Source of the DNA: Tubulanus polymorphus
Taxonomy: Eukaryota; Animalia; Nemertea
Assembly (NCBI RefSeq): GCF_964204645.1
Contig: NC_134031.1
Span: forward strand, 8,494,001-8,558,000
Direction: 5' to 3'
DNA: 64,000 nt
The notes beneath the pieces are model-generated. The model had not been told where the DNA came from. It worked only from the letters and a program-made list of their open reading frames with translations, and searched no databases. Within the stretch, counting starts at the first letter, position 1. Every line of letters starts with the position of its first letter. A program made the position numbers and the translations under genes. Below are positions 13,114-24,615 of the stretch, piece after piece.

Positions 13114-14543
13114 GGCGCTAGTCCAGTATACGACATTATAGTGCGTGCGTAGAGTTACACTGCGTTATTCGGTCAGTGTTCACAGCAGTTGACCGTTGAC
13201 AGTCGACACCTAAAGTAAACTATGAGAACAGGTGGCAACCTGTCAACCCGTCAACCAGCACTGAAGTATAACAGTTTTTCCACCCCTTTAACTGCTATTT
13301 GTCTTCATAATTTTCATTGTCTCTCATAAATCCATTGCGTATTATAAAGTTGCGGATGATTCGGATGATATCGACATTTCGAAACACAAAAAGGCATGTA
13401 TATATAACATTCAAATATAATATATCTAGATAGCTATTAAAATTGGTGGAAGGGTGGTTTTTATGTTGATTTGACAAATCGTTGGTCCTAAATAACCTTG
13501 GGAAGGTTTTTAGCATAGTTAAAAATGTGAATGATTAGGGTTAAGGTTCGGGTTAGGTTTAGAGATAGAGGTTAGAGGACCAAACCGAAGGTTTGGAGAG
13601 ACCCCACTAGTGCACGGGCAGGGGGTTATCCCTGTAAACAAAGTATGAGTTATGTTGTAGTGAGGCGGTCTACGGGACGTTGATGCCTCGGGGCGTGTTC
13701 GTGTCTAGAGTTAAGGGTTACTATGAGGCTTCAATTCAGGAATCAGTGAACTATACCATTGGCAGTTGGGAGACTGTTTCTCTGTTAAGGAACATGAATA
13801 TATCATTTAATATTATAGACGTCTGACGCTGCTGTATGTCTCCACTGATGTGTATGTCTGCACATCAACCAACCTATCGAAGACAAGTTTCCTGCTAGTA
13901 TATGATTAAATGATATATAAAATATTACATCAATTGATTTTAGGGAATAATTAATTAGGAAGATGTCCTCGAAACAGAAGACTAGACGATTAGTATACGC
14001 GTTCACACGGAATCTAGGTGAGAGGCCTATCGTTAACCGTCCGGTACAGTTATCACCTTACTGAGGGTGTCTACCTGTCATCCATCCTGTGCGATCATCA
14101 CCTAACTGTTGTGTAGGGTGTCTACCTGTCAACCGTCCAGTGCAGTCATCACCTAACTGTTGTATTGGGTGCTACCGGTTAACCGTCCTGTGCAGTCATT
14201 ACCTGACTGTTGTATAGGGTGTCTACCTGTCGTCCGTCCTGTGCAGTCATCGCCTAACTGTTATGTAGGGTGTCAGCTGTCAACCGTCCTGTGTAGTCGT
14301 CACCTAACTTGTGTGTAGGGTGTCATCTGTCAACCGTCATTTAGAGTCATCACCTAGTATGTAAGGTGTCGCGTGTCATCAGCTGTAAAATATGATCCCC
14401 AATCAAGGATCTATTTTCATGGAACTTCTTTTAGTTCCATATTACTACGCTTTTATATATTTCAGCTTGCGCATTAATTCCCCGATTTACTCCAAAAGTA
14501 TCTCTACACGTTGCACTATAATGTCGTATATCGGACTTGGGCC
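13114..14543. mobile_element. Non-autonomous DNA transposon, Merlin-like (GG termini, 8-bp TSD, internal ~46-bp tandem repeats)
   Basis: ~41-bp imperfect TIR GGCGCTAGTCCAGTATACGACATTATAGTGC / GCACTATAATGTCGTATATCGGACTTGGGCC; TSD ACATTTTT at 13106-13113 and 14544-14551; tandem units at ~14030-14380. Superfamily assignment is tentative. Confidence 0.75.
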
Positions 14544-14644
14544 ACATTTTTTTGCAGAAAGCTGATACTTGAAAATTTAACGATCCGAGCCAATTACAAT
14601 GGTTTATGATATGTAAAATTCAATCATGAATTCGTCTGTGTGAG

Positions 14645-15570
14645 ATGTGGGAGCAGAACGAATCAACCGGCACAGCCGCGCAGACTACAGTGCAGTTACT
14701 GGCAGTCGACTGCTCGTACAGCACTGATGGATTCTTCATGGCTATCATTCGACTCACTGGTGGAACTCTAATAACTTTAATGGGAATCATTTTCAATATT
14801 TTCAGTATAATAGTATTACGAAGGCAACCAGTGATTTCCGTATCCACCCAATGACTCATATACCTCGCGTATACGGATATCGCATTTTTGTTATGTCGCG
14901 GTATTCGAGAACCGCTTCGGTATTGGGTCGGTTGGGCCGTCAAGGGTGACTTCATCTTTCGGCAAAAAGTCAATCCGTATCCGCGATTCTGGCATATACC
15001 GGAAATCCTTTATGTCCAACCGGATCTTCATTTGTCGCTTAATTTTTTACGCTACGCGACGCACGTCTCACGGAACTGGTTGACTGTTTTAATCAGCGTT
15101 GAAAGGGCCGTATCGCTCGCGTTTCCTTTTCTCGTCCGAGCCAAAATAACTAAACGCCGAGTTTTATACGCGCATATCTTAACATCTATGATTGTGTCGT
15201 CTGTTTATTTACCGCATATTTACGGGTTATGTCATTATGCCGATTTCGTTGGTCATGATATGTGCACAGGTCGACCTGTGAGAGGTATTTTACATACGTT
15301 TAATTTTTGGGATCGATGGAGATCGGTAAATAGCACGTATTTGAATCCGGCGATTAAGGTAGTTCTACCTTTCACGATTATCGTAATTTTGAATGTCTAC
15401 ATCGTCGCTTAAATCCGCCAAATCTCAAGAAATCAGAAAAAAATGACGACAAAAAATTAATTCGTAGATTCTATGAATGCTATTCGTTTGACCGTCGCCA
15501 GTTCATTATATTTTTGTTATTTGAACTGCCCAGTTCGTTTCAAAGTTATCAAACATTTATCAGACTTTTC
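14645..15570 (+). pseudogene. Pseudogenised tandem duplicate of the 5972-7093 GPCR
   Basis: Highly similar from the upstream TTTTTGCAG (~14548). Stops at 14852-14854 and 15410-15412, a frameshift in TM6, and loss of homology after ~15570 (TM7 missing). Confidence 0.93.
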
Positions 15571-16009
15571 TTCGCAGCACAGCAGCGATAACGGGTTTCT
15601 GCCTAATTGGTTCATATGTCGAACTGGGAAGCGTAAGAAGATTTCATCGAAATAATTCTAGCCCATAACATATGACTATTGCCAAGAAGCGCAACCTGGG
15701 TCAACATTATGCTGGATATGATATGTGGATATTAGGAGTCCATTTGTCAAAGCATTGAAGCAATACAGTCCAACTTGTTTATGATGTCTCAGATGGAGCG
15801 CGCGGGGCAGGGCCGTCATTATATTGCTGACTTATCCAAATTACACTTACACAGCGCAACGTCTTTCAGTGTGTAAACTCCGTCGTACGCATTATAGGAC
15901 AGTGAGGAATTGAATTTTAGCCACGAGCCCTTGGCTTGATTGGAGCAAACGACCTTAAATGACTTCACAGAATTTGATACGAGTCTAGGACTTTCTAAAT
16001 TTTTGAAGA

Positions 16010-16444
16010 ATGCTTTCTCTGGTTTTGAGATCAATTCTACGTCGTTTCGGTGCGAACAAAGATGCTAGTTCCGCTTCGCCGCTGGCGACGGAAATTATAC
16101 AGAAAGGAGACTCGCCGTTGGCGGTTTCGGAACAGACTACTTACATTAGTAAGTCGAAAAGTACATCTAAATCACGTTCCAGCACAGCAAGGGGCAAAGC
16201 GCCTGCCAAGAAAAATAGTGCTGCAGACCATAATAATAACAGAACAAATTCGAAAGTTGATGCAATATCCTCAGCCCTAAACACACTGTTCGAAAATCAA
16301 AAAGCATTGTTTGAAAAAGTTGATATCATGTGGAACGCTGGAAATGAAGATAACGAAATGTCGAATTATGAACATTTTGCTCAAGATGACTATGAGAAAG
16401 AAGCTCCTAACAAATTGCCAGGCTCTCGATTCCGGGTGAAATAA
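16010..16444 (+). pseudogene. Probable DIRS ORF1 (gag-like) N-terminal fragment
   Basis: Ser/Lys-rich segment followed by a coiled-coil-like stretch just inside the DIRS left end; position-based call. Confidence 0.45.
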
Positions 16445-16454
16445 CTCATAATTC

Positions 16455-16946
16455 CCCACTGAGTACTGTAGCTTTCTAATGGTGCGCCATGTTTCTTTGC
16501 AATTTGTAATGGGTATTCTTTGGAAAGGGTTCTTTTATATCCGAGAGGGTATTTTTGACCAGGCAATTATGACGCACTTGACGGCCATCTTGGGGTCATC
16601 AGTACTCATTCGTAGGTGGAAAAAAAGTTTTTCCACATCATAATTGATACTTAAGCATATTTTGCTACTATAATCAATTGGAAAGTTGTAGCTCATGACA
16701 TGTTCTATGATCGAGGTGAGTTTCAAGCTCATTGGTTTTTTTTTAATGGCCACCAGGGGGCGTTGAACAATACAATAACTTAGTATTTCTATATTACATT
16801 CGTTCCTGCTGTCTGTGTTAACACACGATTTTACTATGTAAATGATATTGAGCAGGGAGTGTATATTGATAAATATAACCCACAGATTACATCATTTATA
16901 AAAAGCAAATCTGACAGGCTGGCCATTGTGCCCCTTGGGGCTCTTG
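16455..16946 (+). mobile_element. HINE/pearl-like element 3' fragment
   Basis: ~16495-16803 aligns with ~62325-62630; ends in a short GC-rich stem GGCCATTGTGCCCCTTGGGGC. Confidence 0.7.
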
Positions 16947-17776
16947 TTTAAATGAAATACTCGTTATTTCGATTCTAATTAAATCTGTTTCAATTGATTT
17001 TTCAAATGATTCTTTTACCTTTCTTGATAGAAATTTATGTAACTCATTAAATTTGTACCGAAATTTATATTTACACCAGGAGATTTGAATTGACATGCTG
17101 TTTTATTATAGGTTTTTATCTTATCATCCTTATGTAATGCTGAAACACAACTATTAGAAAATTCTTTTATAACTTTATATTTTCTATTTTCGAACATTGA
17201 TTTTATTTCATCCGAATTAAATGATCCTTTAAAATCTTGTGTAACATCTACATCTAATATATTGTAATTTTTTTCATTTAATAATTTTTCAATATTATCC
17301 ATTTTCTGTATTAATTCATTTAAATTCTGATTGCATAATGAGATTTTAAATACAGCAATATAATCTGTTAATTTTAATTCTTGATTAATTCTACTCAAGA
17401 TATATGATTTTGAATTATCATCATGAATTGTTAAAACATGTGTAATTTTTATAGCTAAGTTATCTAATGTAATATTTCCTTGATTAAAACATTCCTTAAT
17501 TTCATAATGTGTTATCTTTCTCTGATTAACGTTGAGAAAAGTTGTCCTATTTTCTTTAATAATTTCTTTTTCTAACATGATTTTATATAGCATTATATTA
17601 TCGCAAAATATATCTGACGTTTTATTTAATTCATTATTTTCAGATTTATTATACTTATTTATATTTACTCCTGAAATATCAGCTAAATTATCATTCACAG
17701 TTAAATAATATAATATTGAATTTATGTATTTATTATTCATCTCTTTCGCGGGAACTTTAATTAACTTTGAGCACAT
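16947..17776 (-). pseudogene. Second copy of the Rep_trans-like gene (frameshifted, 3'-truncated)
   Basis: Near-identical to 10253 onward; DVDVTQD, KTYNK, LIRIEIT retained. Confidence 0.55.
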
Positions 17777-17794
17777 TTATATATCAAATTTTTA

Positions 17795-18393
17795 TTAAAT
17801 TAAATTAAAAATTGAAAAAGAGTTAGAGTTCGCTGAAACCTTACGCTTTAAAATATCTGCTGATTCGATATTATCTGGTTTATTTATTGTAGGTTTGAAA
17901 TTAGAAAATGTTATTACGCCAGTAGAAATTAATATCATTATTCCGCCTAACAGGAATGAAGCGTATCCAACCCATTTTTGTAATTCTGTCATAACTAATA
18001 AATCTTTTTTTAAATCGCTATATAATTTATTTTCATCATCAATTGGTATTACTTGGTTACATAATTTAGAATAACATTTTATAATACCATCACTAATAGA
18101 GTCATTTATTCTTGCTAATCTAGCTTCTTCATATATTTTGAAATGTTTTATTACTTTATCTGGTTTCATATTATCTAATTCTTGAAAAGTAATAATTTTT
18201 CCATAAATTCCTTACATTTACCACTAGCAATTAGTAAATCAAGATGGTGCTTACATGTTAAATAGTATTCAAAATCAATATTATTATTATTTTCAGCACA
18301 ATTAGAAACAACTGTATCTTTATTATCTGTGATACCTAAATCTTCAATTGTCTTTTCAATATCAATATTATTTTTACTCGATTTCTTTGACAT
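17795..18393 (-). pseudogene. Uncharacterised element protein with a C-terminal hydrophobic (TM-like) segment, frameshifted
   Basis: ORFs 18175-18393 and 17795-18169 join through a frameshift (LIASGKCKEFM..ELDNMKPDKV..YEEARL..LYSDLKKD..FLLGGIMILISTGVIT); resembles uncharacterised proteins of invertebrate Polinton-like elements (recalled). Confidence 0.5.
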
Positions 18394-18694
18394 TTATATT
18401 AGAGAAAAAAGCGAAAAAAATATTATAAGTATTCTTCAAATGATACTAGCTAGTTAAATATAAAGAATTTTAAATACTAGCTATTTGAAGTTAAAGAATT
18501 TTTATTCGAATCTTATCAAAATCTATTTAATCTAGTTTTCATAAGAAAATATTAGATTTTGAAAAAAATTAAAATAGAAATAATGGCTAGTTAAAGATAT
18601 GTAATTTTTAATATTTTGTATTTGAATTAGGATTTAGAATATCTCACTACTTTTGTCTATCTATAGGAGCAGTTACTATAACTGTCCAGATAAG

Positions 18695-19417
18695 TCATTT
18701 CGGATCCTCGATAATAAATTCCTCCTCAACGTATCGTTCATTATTTGGATCATTGTTCCATAATTCAATAAATTTCTTTGCTTTATCTAATTGATCCAAA
18801 TATAATTTTATGTCAAGTTTATTTCCTTTCCTAATATTTTCCTTCTTTTCAAGAGGCCTTAAATTCTTCCAATTCCTTATTAATTTCTGGTTGTATTCAT
18901 CATTCATGTTAAATTTAGAAATCGGCAACACATGATCAATGTGGAAATATTCACCATAATTATTCATATTCATTTTTTCATTGAACTGATATATAATCCA
19001 GGATTTGAGAAATTCATATGAACAGCCTAATAAATTAGATAGTGTGGCTGAATGCGTTTCTTTATTGAATAATTTTGATAATCTATTACCTAGACATTGT
19101 TTCAATTTAAAATTAAGATCCGTTTTATATCTTTCTTTTCGATAATTCTTATCGTACACTTTAATATGTCCTCGATTTTTTTCTCTCCATCGTTAATCTT
19201 TTTCTTTACATTTTTCTGCATTAATTGCTCGATATTGTTTATTATTCTGTTTCCAACATGTTTTACAAATATTACGTAAACCATCTTTGTAAAACTTATG
19301 TTTATAATATTCTGCTAATGATTTATTTATTTTACACTTTGAACATTTTTCATTATATATATTTATAACACCAGTATTGTTTGTAATATTGATAGTTTGT
19401 GATTGTTCTGGCTCCAT
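18695..19417 (-). pseudogene. NCLDV-type HNH-like endonuclease with N-terminal CxxC..CxxC finger, frameshifted
   Basis: KCSKCKINKSLAEY..DGLRNICKTC, then LLGCSYEFL..MNNYG..FHIDHVLPISKF..NWKNLRPL..ENIRKGNK. Confidence 0.75.
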
Positions 19418-20280
19418 TTATAATACATATTTTTATTAAAATTTATTTCCATATTTCCATATTTTGAGTTATGATATTCTGATTTAAGATGGTGTGATTT
19501 ATTGCTTCGAGTATAATATTTTCCACAATTACATAAAACGCTTTCATTAGGATTATATTTAGGCGTAACAATTTCATTATCTAAGTTACATTGAATTCCA
19601 ACATCTTTATAAGACTTATTATTATCTAATTCACATTGAATTCCAATATTTGATGAATTTTCATTATAGATAATTTGTTTATTATCAAAATTTAAATAAT
19701 ATAATTGTCTTTTTTCAATTCTTAAGTTAGTCAAATCATTATAATCTTTTGAAAGTATCAAATCACTATCTCTTTCATTGAAAGGAGTTTGAAGTATATA
19801 TATTATGTTTTCATCTAAATTACCTTTATGATTTAAAACGGTATTACATATTTTAGGATTTTTGATTCCATTATCTATTAGTTTAATAATTAAATATGCT
19901 TCATTTGATAATATTTGATTGATTATAGAAATATTATCAATTTTATGTTTTCTTCCATACACTAAATTTGTTGCTGAGATATAATCTTTAATGTTAAATA
20001 ATGAAAATAAGTTATCATTATTCATATTTCTAATATGATTTTTAGATTTTAAATGTTCTTTATAATATCTTTTATCACTGAATGATTGATTACATGTATC
20101 ACATTTGTATGTTTCTTTTTCATTCTTTAATTCGTCTGATTTAGTTTCTAATATATCATCTTTATATTCTAACTTAAATTTGTTTTCTAAGTGTGTTTTA
20201 GTTTTATTATGTCTTGCTTTTTGAGATTTATCTATATTAGTTTTACATGTTGGACAGTAGTACTTCTTATTTGCTTCCAT
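19363..20280 (-). CDS. Chimeric ORF: pPolB N-terminal zinc fingers fused to ORF-X (C-terminal C2H2 finger)
   Basis: The first ~87 aa match the 9385 ORF; from DNLFSLF onward it matches 3582-4040; CNCGKYYTRSNKSHHLKSEYH near the end. Confidence 0.6.
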   Translation of the reverse strand: MEANKKYYCPTCKTNIDKSQKARHNKTKTHLENKFKLEYKDDILETKSDELKNEKETYKCDTCNQSFSDKRYYKEHLKSKNHIRNMNNDNLFSLFNIKDYISATNLVYGRKHKIDNISIINQILSNEAYLIIKLIDNGIKNPKICNTVLNHKGNLDENIIYILQTPFNERDSDLILSKDYNDLTNLRIEKRQLYYLNFDNKQIIYNENSSNIGIQCELDNNKSYKDVGIQCNLDNEIVTPKYNPNESVLCNCGKYYTRSNKSHHLKSEYHNSKYGNMEINFNKNMYYKWSQNNHKLSILQTILVL

Positions 20281-20478
20281 TTTGATATCAAATTTTTATT
20301 AAAATTGATTTTAGAAGTTATTCATATATAAAATATTCATTTATATATGTTATTCATTTATATATGTTATTCATTTATAAAAATATTAAAGTAATTGGTA
20401 ATGTGTTTGTTCAAGTCAAAGGTTGAGTCCAGTGAGTAGAAAAATAATATGGCTTGAACAAACACATTACCAATTACT

Positions 20479-20919
20479 CAGATTATGAAAGCAGAAACTT
20501 CAATGACAATGTTGAGTGGAAGCTGAATAGCCAGGTTTTTTCTGTGATAACCAAGATTTTTGGGTTTCCAGAAATAGATTTATTTGCATCAAGACATATC
20601 GCTCAGTTGGTAGATTATGTGTCTTGGAGGCCAGATCCCTATGCAAAATATATTGACGCATTATCGTTGTCATGGACTAATATGAAATTTTATATGTTTT
20701 CTCCTTTCAGCCTTATCTCTACATGTGTACAAAATCCAGAGGGACTGCTGTCAGGAAGGTATACTCGTTGTTCCCTGTTGGACTACCCAAGCCTGGTTTA
20801 CGCGGTTGAGAATTCTAATACAAAGACCATTAGTTCTACCAAGACTCGAACATTTATTAACTCTTCCCAATCAGGAGAAACTACACCCGTTGCGGGAAAA
20901 ACTACGTAGTTCTTTTGGG
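20479..20919 (+). pseudogene. DIRS pol C-terminus: RNase H end plus methyltransferase-like domain
   Basis: (A)DYESR, EWKL, IDLFAS, DALSLSW, YMFSPF (YxFPPF-like), ILVVPCWTTQAWF. Confidence 0.85.
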
Positions 20920-21926
20920 ATGCAGGGTTTCAGGAATGTCATGGAAACAACAAGAATTTCGCAGAGGACTACCGAAATCATGTGGGAATCGTGGAAATAC
21001 TCTAACTTGATTAACTTTTGTGACAAACGGTCGATTAATAGATTTTGTGTATCTATAGCAGAATTTTTGGATTTTCTGACGGAATTGTACGATGCAGGGC
21101 TTAGTCTTAGTGCTATTAATACTGCAAGGTCGGCAGTGTCAAAAGTAATTTCAGATGATTCTGATGCTGGTGTCTCGGTAGGGGCACATCCATTGGTGGT
21201 TCGTTTCATGAAGGGGGTGTACAATACAAAAACGCCTCAACCCCGATACAGTACAGTCAGGGATGTAAATATTGTTTTAGATTGGATACGTAGAGAGTTA
21301 CCTGATTCGTCGAGTTTATGTTTAAAACGTTTGACAATAAAAACTGTAGTTTTAATCAGTTTAGTGTTAACTGCTAGGAGGCAGTCTATAGGGCTTTTAG
21401 ATATAAAAATGTGTAAAACTTATTCAGAATACAGATTTCAATATAATGTTAATGATCTTAAGCAATCTAGACCAGGGTATAGGCCTCCGGATGCTATTAT
21501 CAAGAAATTCGAGGAGGACTGCAGGATTTGTCCGTATTTAGCATTGACAGAGTATATTTAAAAGTCTAGTGCCATTCGGGGTGATGTTACACATTTGTTT
21601 GTTGGGACGATAAAGCCTTATAGATCACTTAGTTTGGACACATAAGTAGGTGGATTAAGCAAGCACTGAAAGAAGCTGGTGTAGATACATCGGTCTTTAA
21701 GTCACATAGTCTTCGGGCGGCAGCAGCTTCCAAGGCAAATAGCAAAGATGTTCCTATTAATTATATACTGAATACTGGAGGTTGGGCGAAAGCTACGACA
21801 TTTGCTAGGTTTTATTGCAAACCAATTATAGACTCCAGTGCTGTGAAAGATTGGAAATCACATACTTGGTTAAAACATTGGAATTTGAATCAGAGTGGTG
21901 CAAGTAATAGATATACTGGATTCTGA
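20920..21926 (+). pseudogene. DIRS tyrosine recombinase (stop codon and frameshift)
   Basis: SAINTARSAVS, HPLVVRFMKG, TARRQS, KQSRPG, FKSHSLRAAAAS..GGW....FARFY. Confidence 0.92.
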
Positions 21927-22229
21927 TATTATGATAATTTTCTATCAAATAAAGTTGATTTTATTATAAAATTGATTTACTGTTTTGTCGCCACTTTGAA
22001 GTCTCATTGGATCTCTAACTGGGAACCGAAACGACGTAGAATTGGAAAGTTAAACGAGCCTTACCTTAAGGTGAAGTTTGACTGAGATTCTACGGAGTGA
22101 AGGTGAACCAGTTAGAGATCAAATGCCCACCCATCCCTAACCCACAGGTATGTGGTTGGTTCCAAAACAGAGTTGAATACTGATTGGCGCATGCGCAGTG
22201 CATATCTCATTTAATCTCTAACTGGTTCA

Positions 22230-22900
22230 GAGCACAAGTTAAATGTAAAAAACTTTAACCTGAAAGCGGAGTTGCTAGTCATGTATTTCAGACCTAACAC
22301 AATTTTGATTTCGCTAATGCCGAATTAATTTACCCTTGCAGCGATAAAACTACAAGACATATTTTGGAATCTGCATTAATAATTGAAAATTCGAACAACG
22401 TTGTAAATCTTAACAATAGTTTTTCACCCCATAATAAACTTATATCAAAATTCCTCTGTAAACTGGTTAAACTCAACACTTGATTTCCCCTTGATCCTTT
22501 GTTATTTGTCACTCATCAATTTTAGTCTCTCCACTTGTATTCACCATTGTTTTAATTTTAGTGCCCCCTAGTTTGTCTCTTTACTACTGATTTTAAGTTT
22601 CAATTTATATTTATACTCACTATTGTTGTTTATAATCACCCTTTTGGTTTGCTTCCCTTTAATCTATTTTAGCGTGTAACTGTTTCTACGTTAGTTTTCC
22701 TTTAGTATCATCTCTGATTACCGGAATTAGTCTCTTTGTCTCTGGATTGTATATATATCTCATAATTTTTGTAGTATCTCATTATTCCTGAAGATGACTA
22801 TTAGGATATAGTCGAAACGTTGAAATAAACTACTATCTCGAAGTTACATTTTCGGACTTTTTTCGTTATAATTGTGGGATTCTCTCTACATTGTAAGTCT
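22230..22900 (+). mobile_element. Penelope-like element 3' fragment (GIY-YIG endonuclease C-terminus plus T-rich tail)
   Basis: Translation from ~22268: GVASHVFQT*HNFDFANAELIYPCSDKTTRHILESALIIENSNNVVNLN; hammerhead core downstream. Confidence 0.75.
22781..22828 (+). ncRNA. Minimal type I hammerhead ribozyme-like motif
   Basis: CTGAAGA-T-GACTAT(TAGGAT)ATAGTC-GAAA-CGTT, with flanking TTATTC/GAAATAA as imperfect stem I. Confidence 0.65.
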
Positions 22901-23584
22901 GAATTCGCGGTTGAGTTTGACGCTCGAGGTCGTCCGGTAATTTGTAGGCTTTTCGGGATGTACTTTTATCAATGGATGACAATGCTTTGCGTTATTCTTT
23001 TCGCTGTTTAGACCCGGTTATTACACGGGATTAATTCATAAAAGATTACTATACGCAAATTCGAAATGGTCAGGCGCTTAGTTATATTTCTGACAGAATT
23101 TAAAATTACGTTTATAAGCTGTTGGTAGTCGAATCTGAGAGGAGTTACATTTTATGAACAATTTTTGGCTGGAAAGTGGACCATTAATGATAATAATAAT
23201 CAACAGAAATACAAGAGGGTTTCTGCGAAAGCAGCAGAAACCCTAATAAGTTTTCAATTCAGTTCGTTCAGCTGATTTACTGTAATCAATCATTCCAGTG
23301 CGATTTTGATATTACTCCTAGTTTCGCTTATTCGATGAGACGACATTTTAACCTGGAAGTAACTCGATATTGACATGTTTGACATGCATCGAAAATGTAA
23401 AATGGAGGATGGGATCACCCGGTCTCTACCCGACTCAAACTGAGGTTATATACTGGTGTACCAGAACACCAATTCAATATGGCGGCTATCGATGGATTCA
23501 GTGGCGCCACCGTACTACACCCGAGAGAACTTGCGTTGTCTCGGCGCATGTTTCAGTTTGGTCTGATAGGTCACGCCTCAGTAG

Positions 23585-24615
23585 CCAGAGGTGTCAGTGC
23601 TATCGGGCATCAGGGGATCTGATATCGATGGTGGTCAGAGGTGTCAGGGGTATCGGGCATCAGAGGATCTGATCTCGACGGTGGTCAGAGGTGTCACGGT
23701 GTCAGAGGAGTCAGAGGTGTCAGGGGTATTGGACATCAGAGGATCTGATCTCGATGGTGGTCAGAGTTGTCACGGTATCAGAGGAGTCAGAGGTGTCAGG
23801 GGTATCGAGTATCAGAGGATTTGATATCGAGGGTGGTCAGAGGTGTCAGAGGTGTCAGAGGAGTCAGAGGTGTCCGGGGGTATCGGACATAAGAGGTGCC
23901 ATGGTGTCAGAGGTGTCAGGGGTATAGGGCATCAGAGGATCAGATATCGATGGTGGTCAGAGGTGTCAGAGGAGTCAGGGGAATCGGGCATCAGAGGATC
24001 TGTTGTCGATGGTGGTCAAAGGTGTCACGGTGTCAGAGGAGTCAGGGGTGTCCGGGGGTATCGGACATCAGAGGTGTCGTGGTGTCAGGGTATAGGGCAT
24101 CAGAGGATCTGGTATCTATGGTAATCGGAGGTGTCACGGTGTCAGAGGTGTCAGTGGTATCGGGCATCAGATGATCAGATATCGATGGTGGTCAGAGGTG
24201 TCACGATGTCAGAGGAGTCAGTGGTATCGGGCATCAGAGGATCTGGTATCGACGGTGGTCGGAGGTGTCACAGTGTCAGAGGTGTCTGGAGTATCGGGCA
24301 TCAGAGGATCTAGTATCGATGGTAATGGGAGGTGTCAGAGGTGTCAGTGGTATCGGGCATCAGAGGATCTGGTATCGACGGTGGTCAGAGGTGTCACAGT
24401 GTCTGTTCACCCAGCACTGGCAGTGGTTGTCTCCACCAGTGATCTCCGTCGCTCTACGATCCTAGTGTAACCAACTGTGGTACATCAGACACTAAGGTTC
24501 TTGGTGAAAGTGTCAGAGGAGTCAGAGGTGTCGGGGGGGGGGGGGCATAGGGCATCAGAGGATCTGATATCGATGGTGGTCAGAGGTGTCACGGTGTCAG
24601 TGGTATCGGGCATCA
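23585..24615. repeat. Complex minisatellite built from 9-bp (GTGTCAGAG-like) subunits with higher-order units
   Basis: Recurring GGTATCGGGCATCAGAGGATCTGATATCGATGGTGGTCAGAGGTGTCA; explains the overlapping repetitive ORFs. Confidence 0.93.
24406..24508 (-). mobile_element. 103-bp micro-transposon (TTCACC..GGTGAA family)
   Basis: Reverse complement of 54047-54151; TSD AGTGTCTG/AGTGTCAG (7/8). Confidence 0.85.

Larger units (their letters stand above)
16947..20478 (-). mobile_element. Polinton/Maverick-like remnant C inside the DIRS element
   Basis: Terminal hairpin 20390-20478 ending ATTACT directly abuts the DIRS RNase H codons (CA GAT TAT GAA AGC AGA). Shares the ZnF and Rep_trans-like genes with B and ORF-X with A; other end lost. 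Confidence 0.85.
16032..22229 (+). mobile_element. DIRS-type tyrosine-recombinase retrotransposon, internally deleted and interrupted
   Basis: 16032-16051 is the exact reverse complement of 22025-22044. ICR/ITR-like inverted motifs GATCTCTAACTGG / CCAGTTAGAGATC at ~22010, ~22108 and ~22213. RNase H end, MT-like and YR domains present; RT absent. Confidence 0.85.

Noticed and set aside
23370-24470. Several overlapping repetitive ORFs (RCQR/SEVS/VRGV)
   Set aside because: Products of the minisatellite; open in multiple frames with no domain signal.
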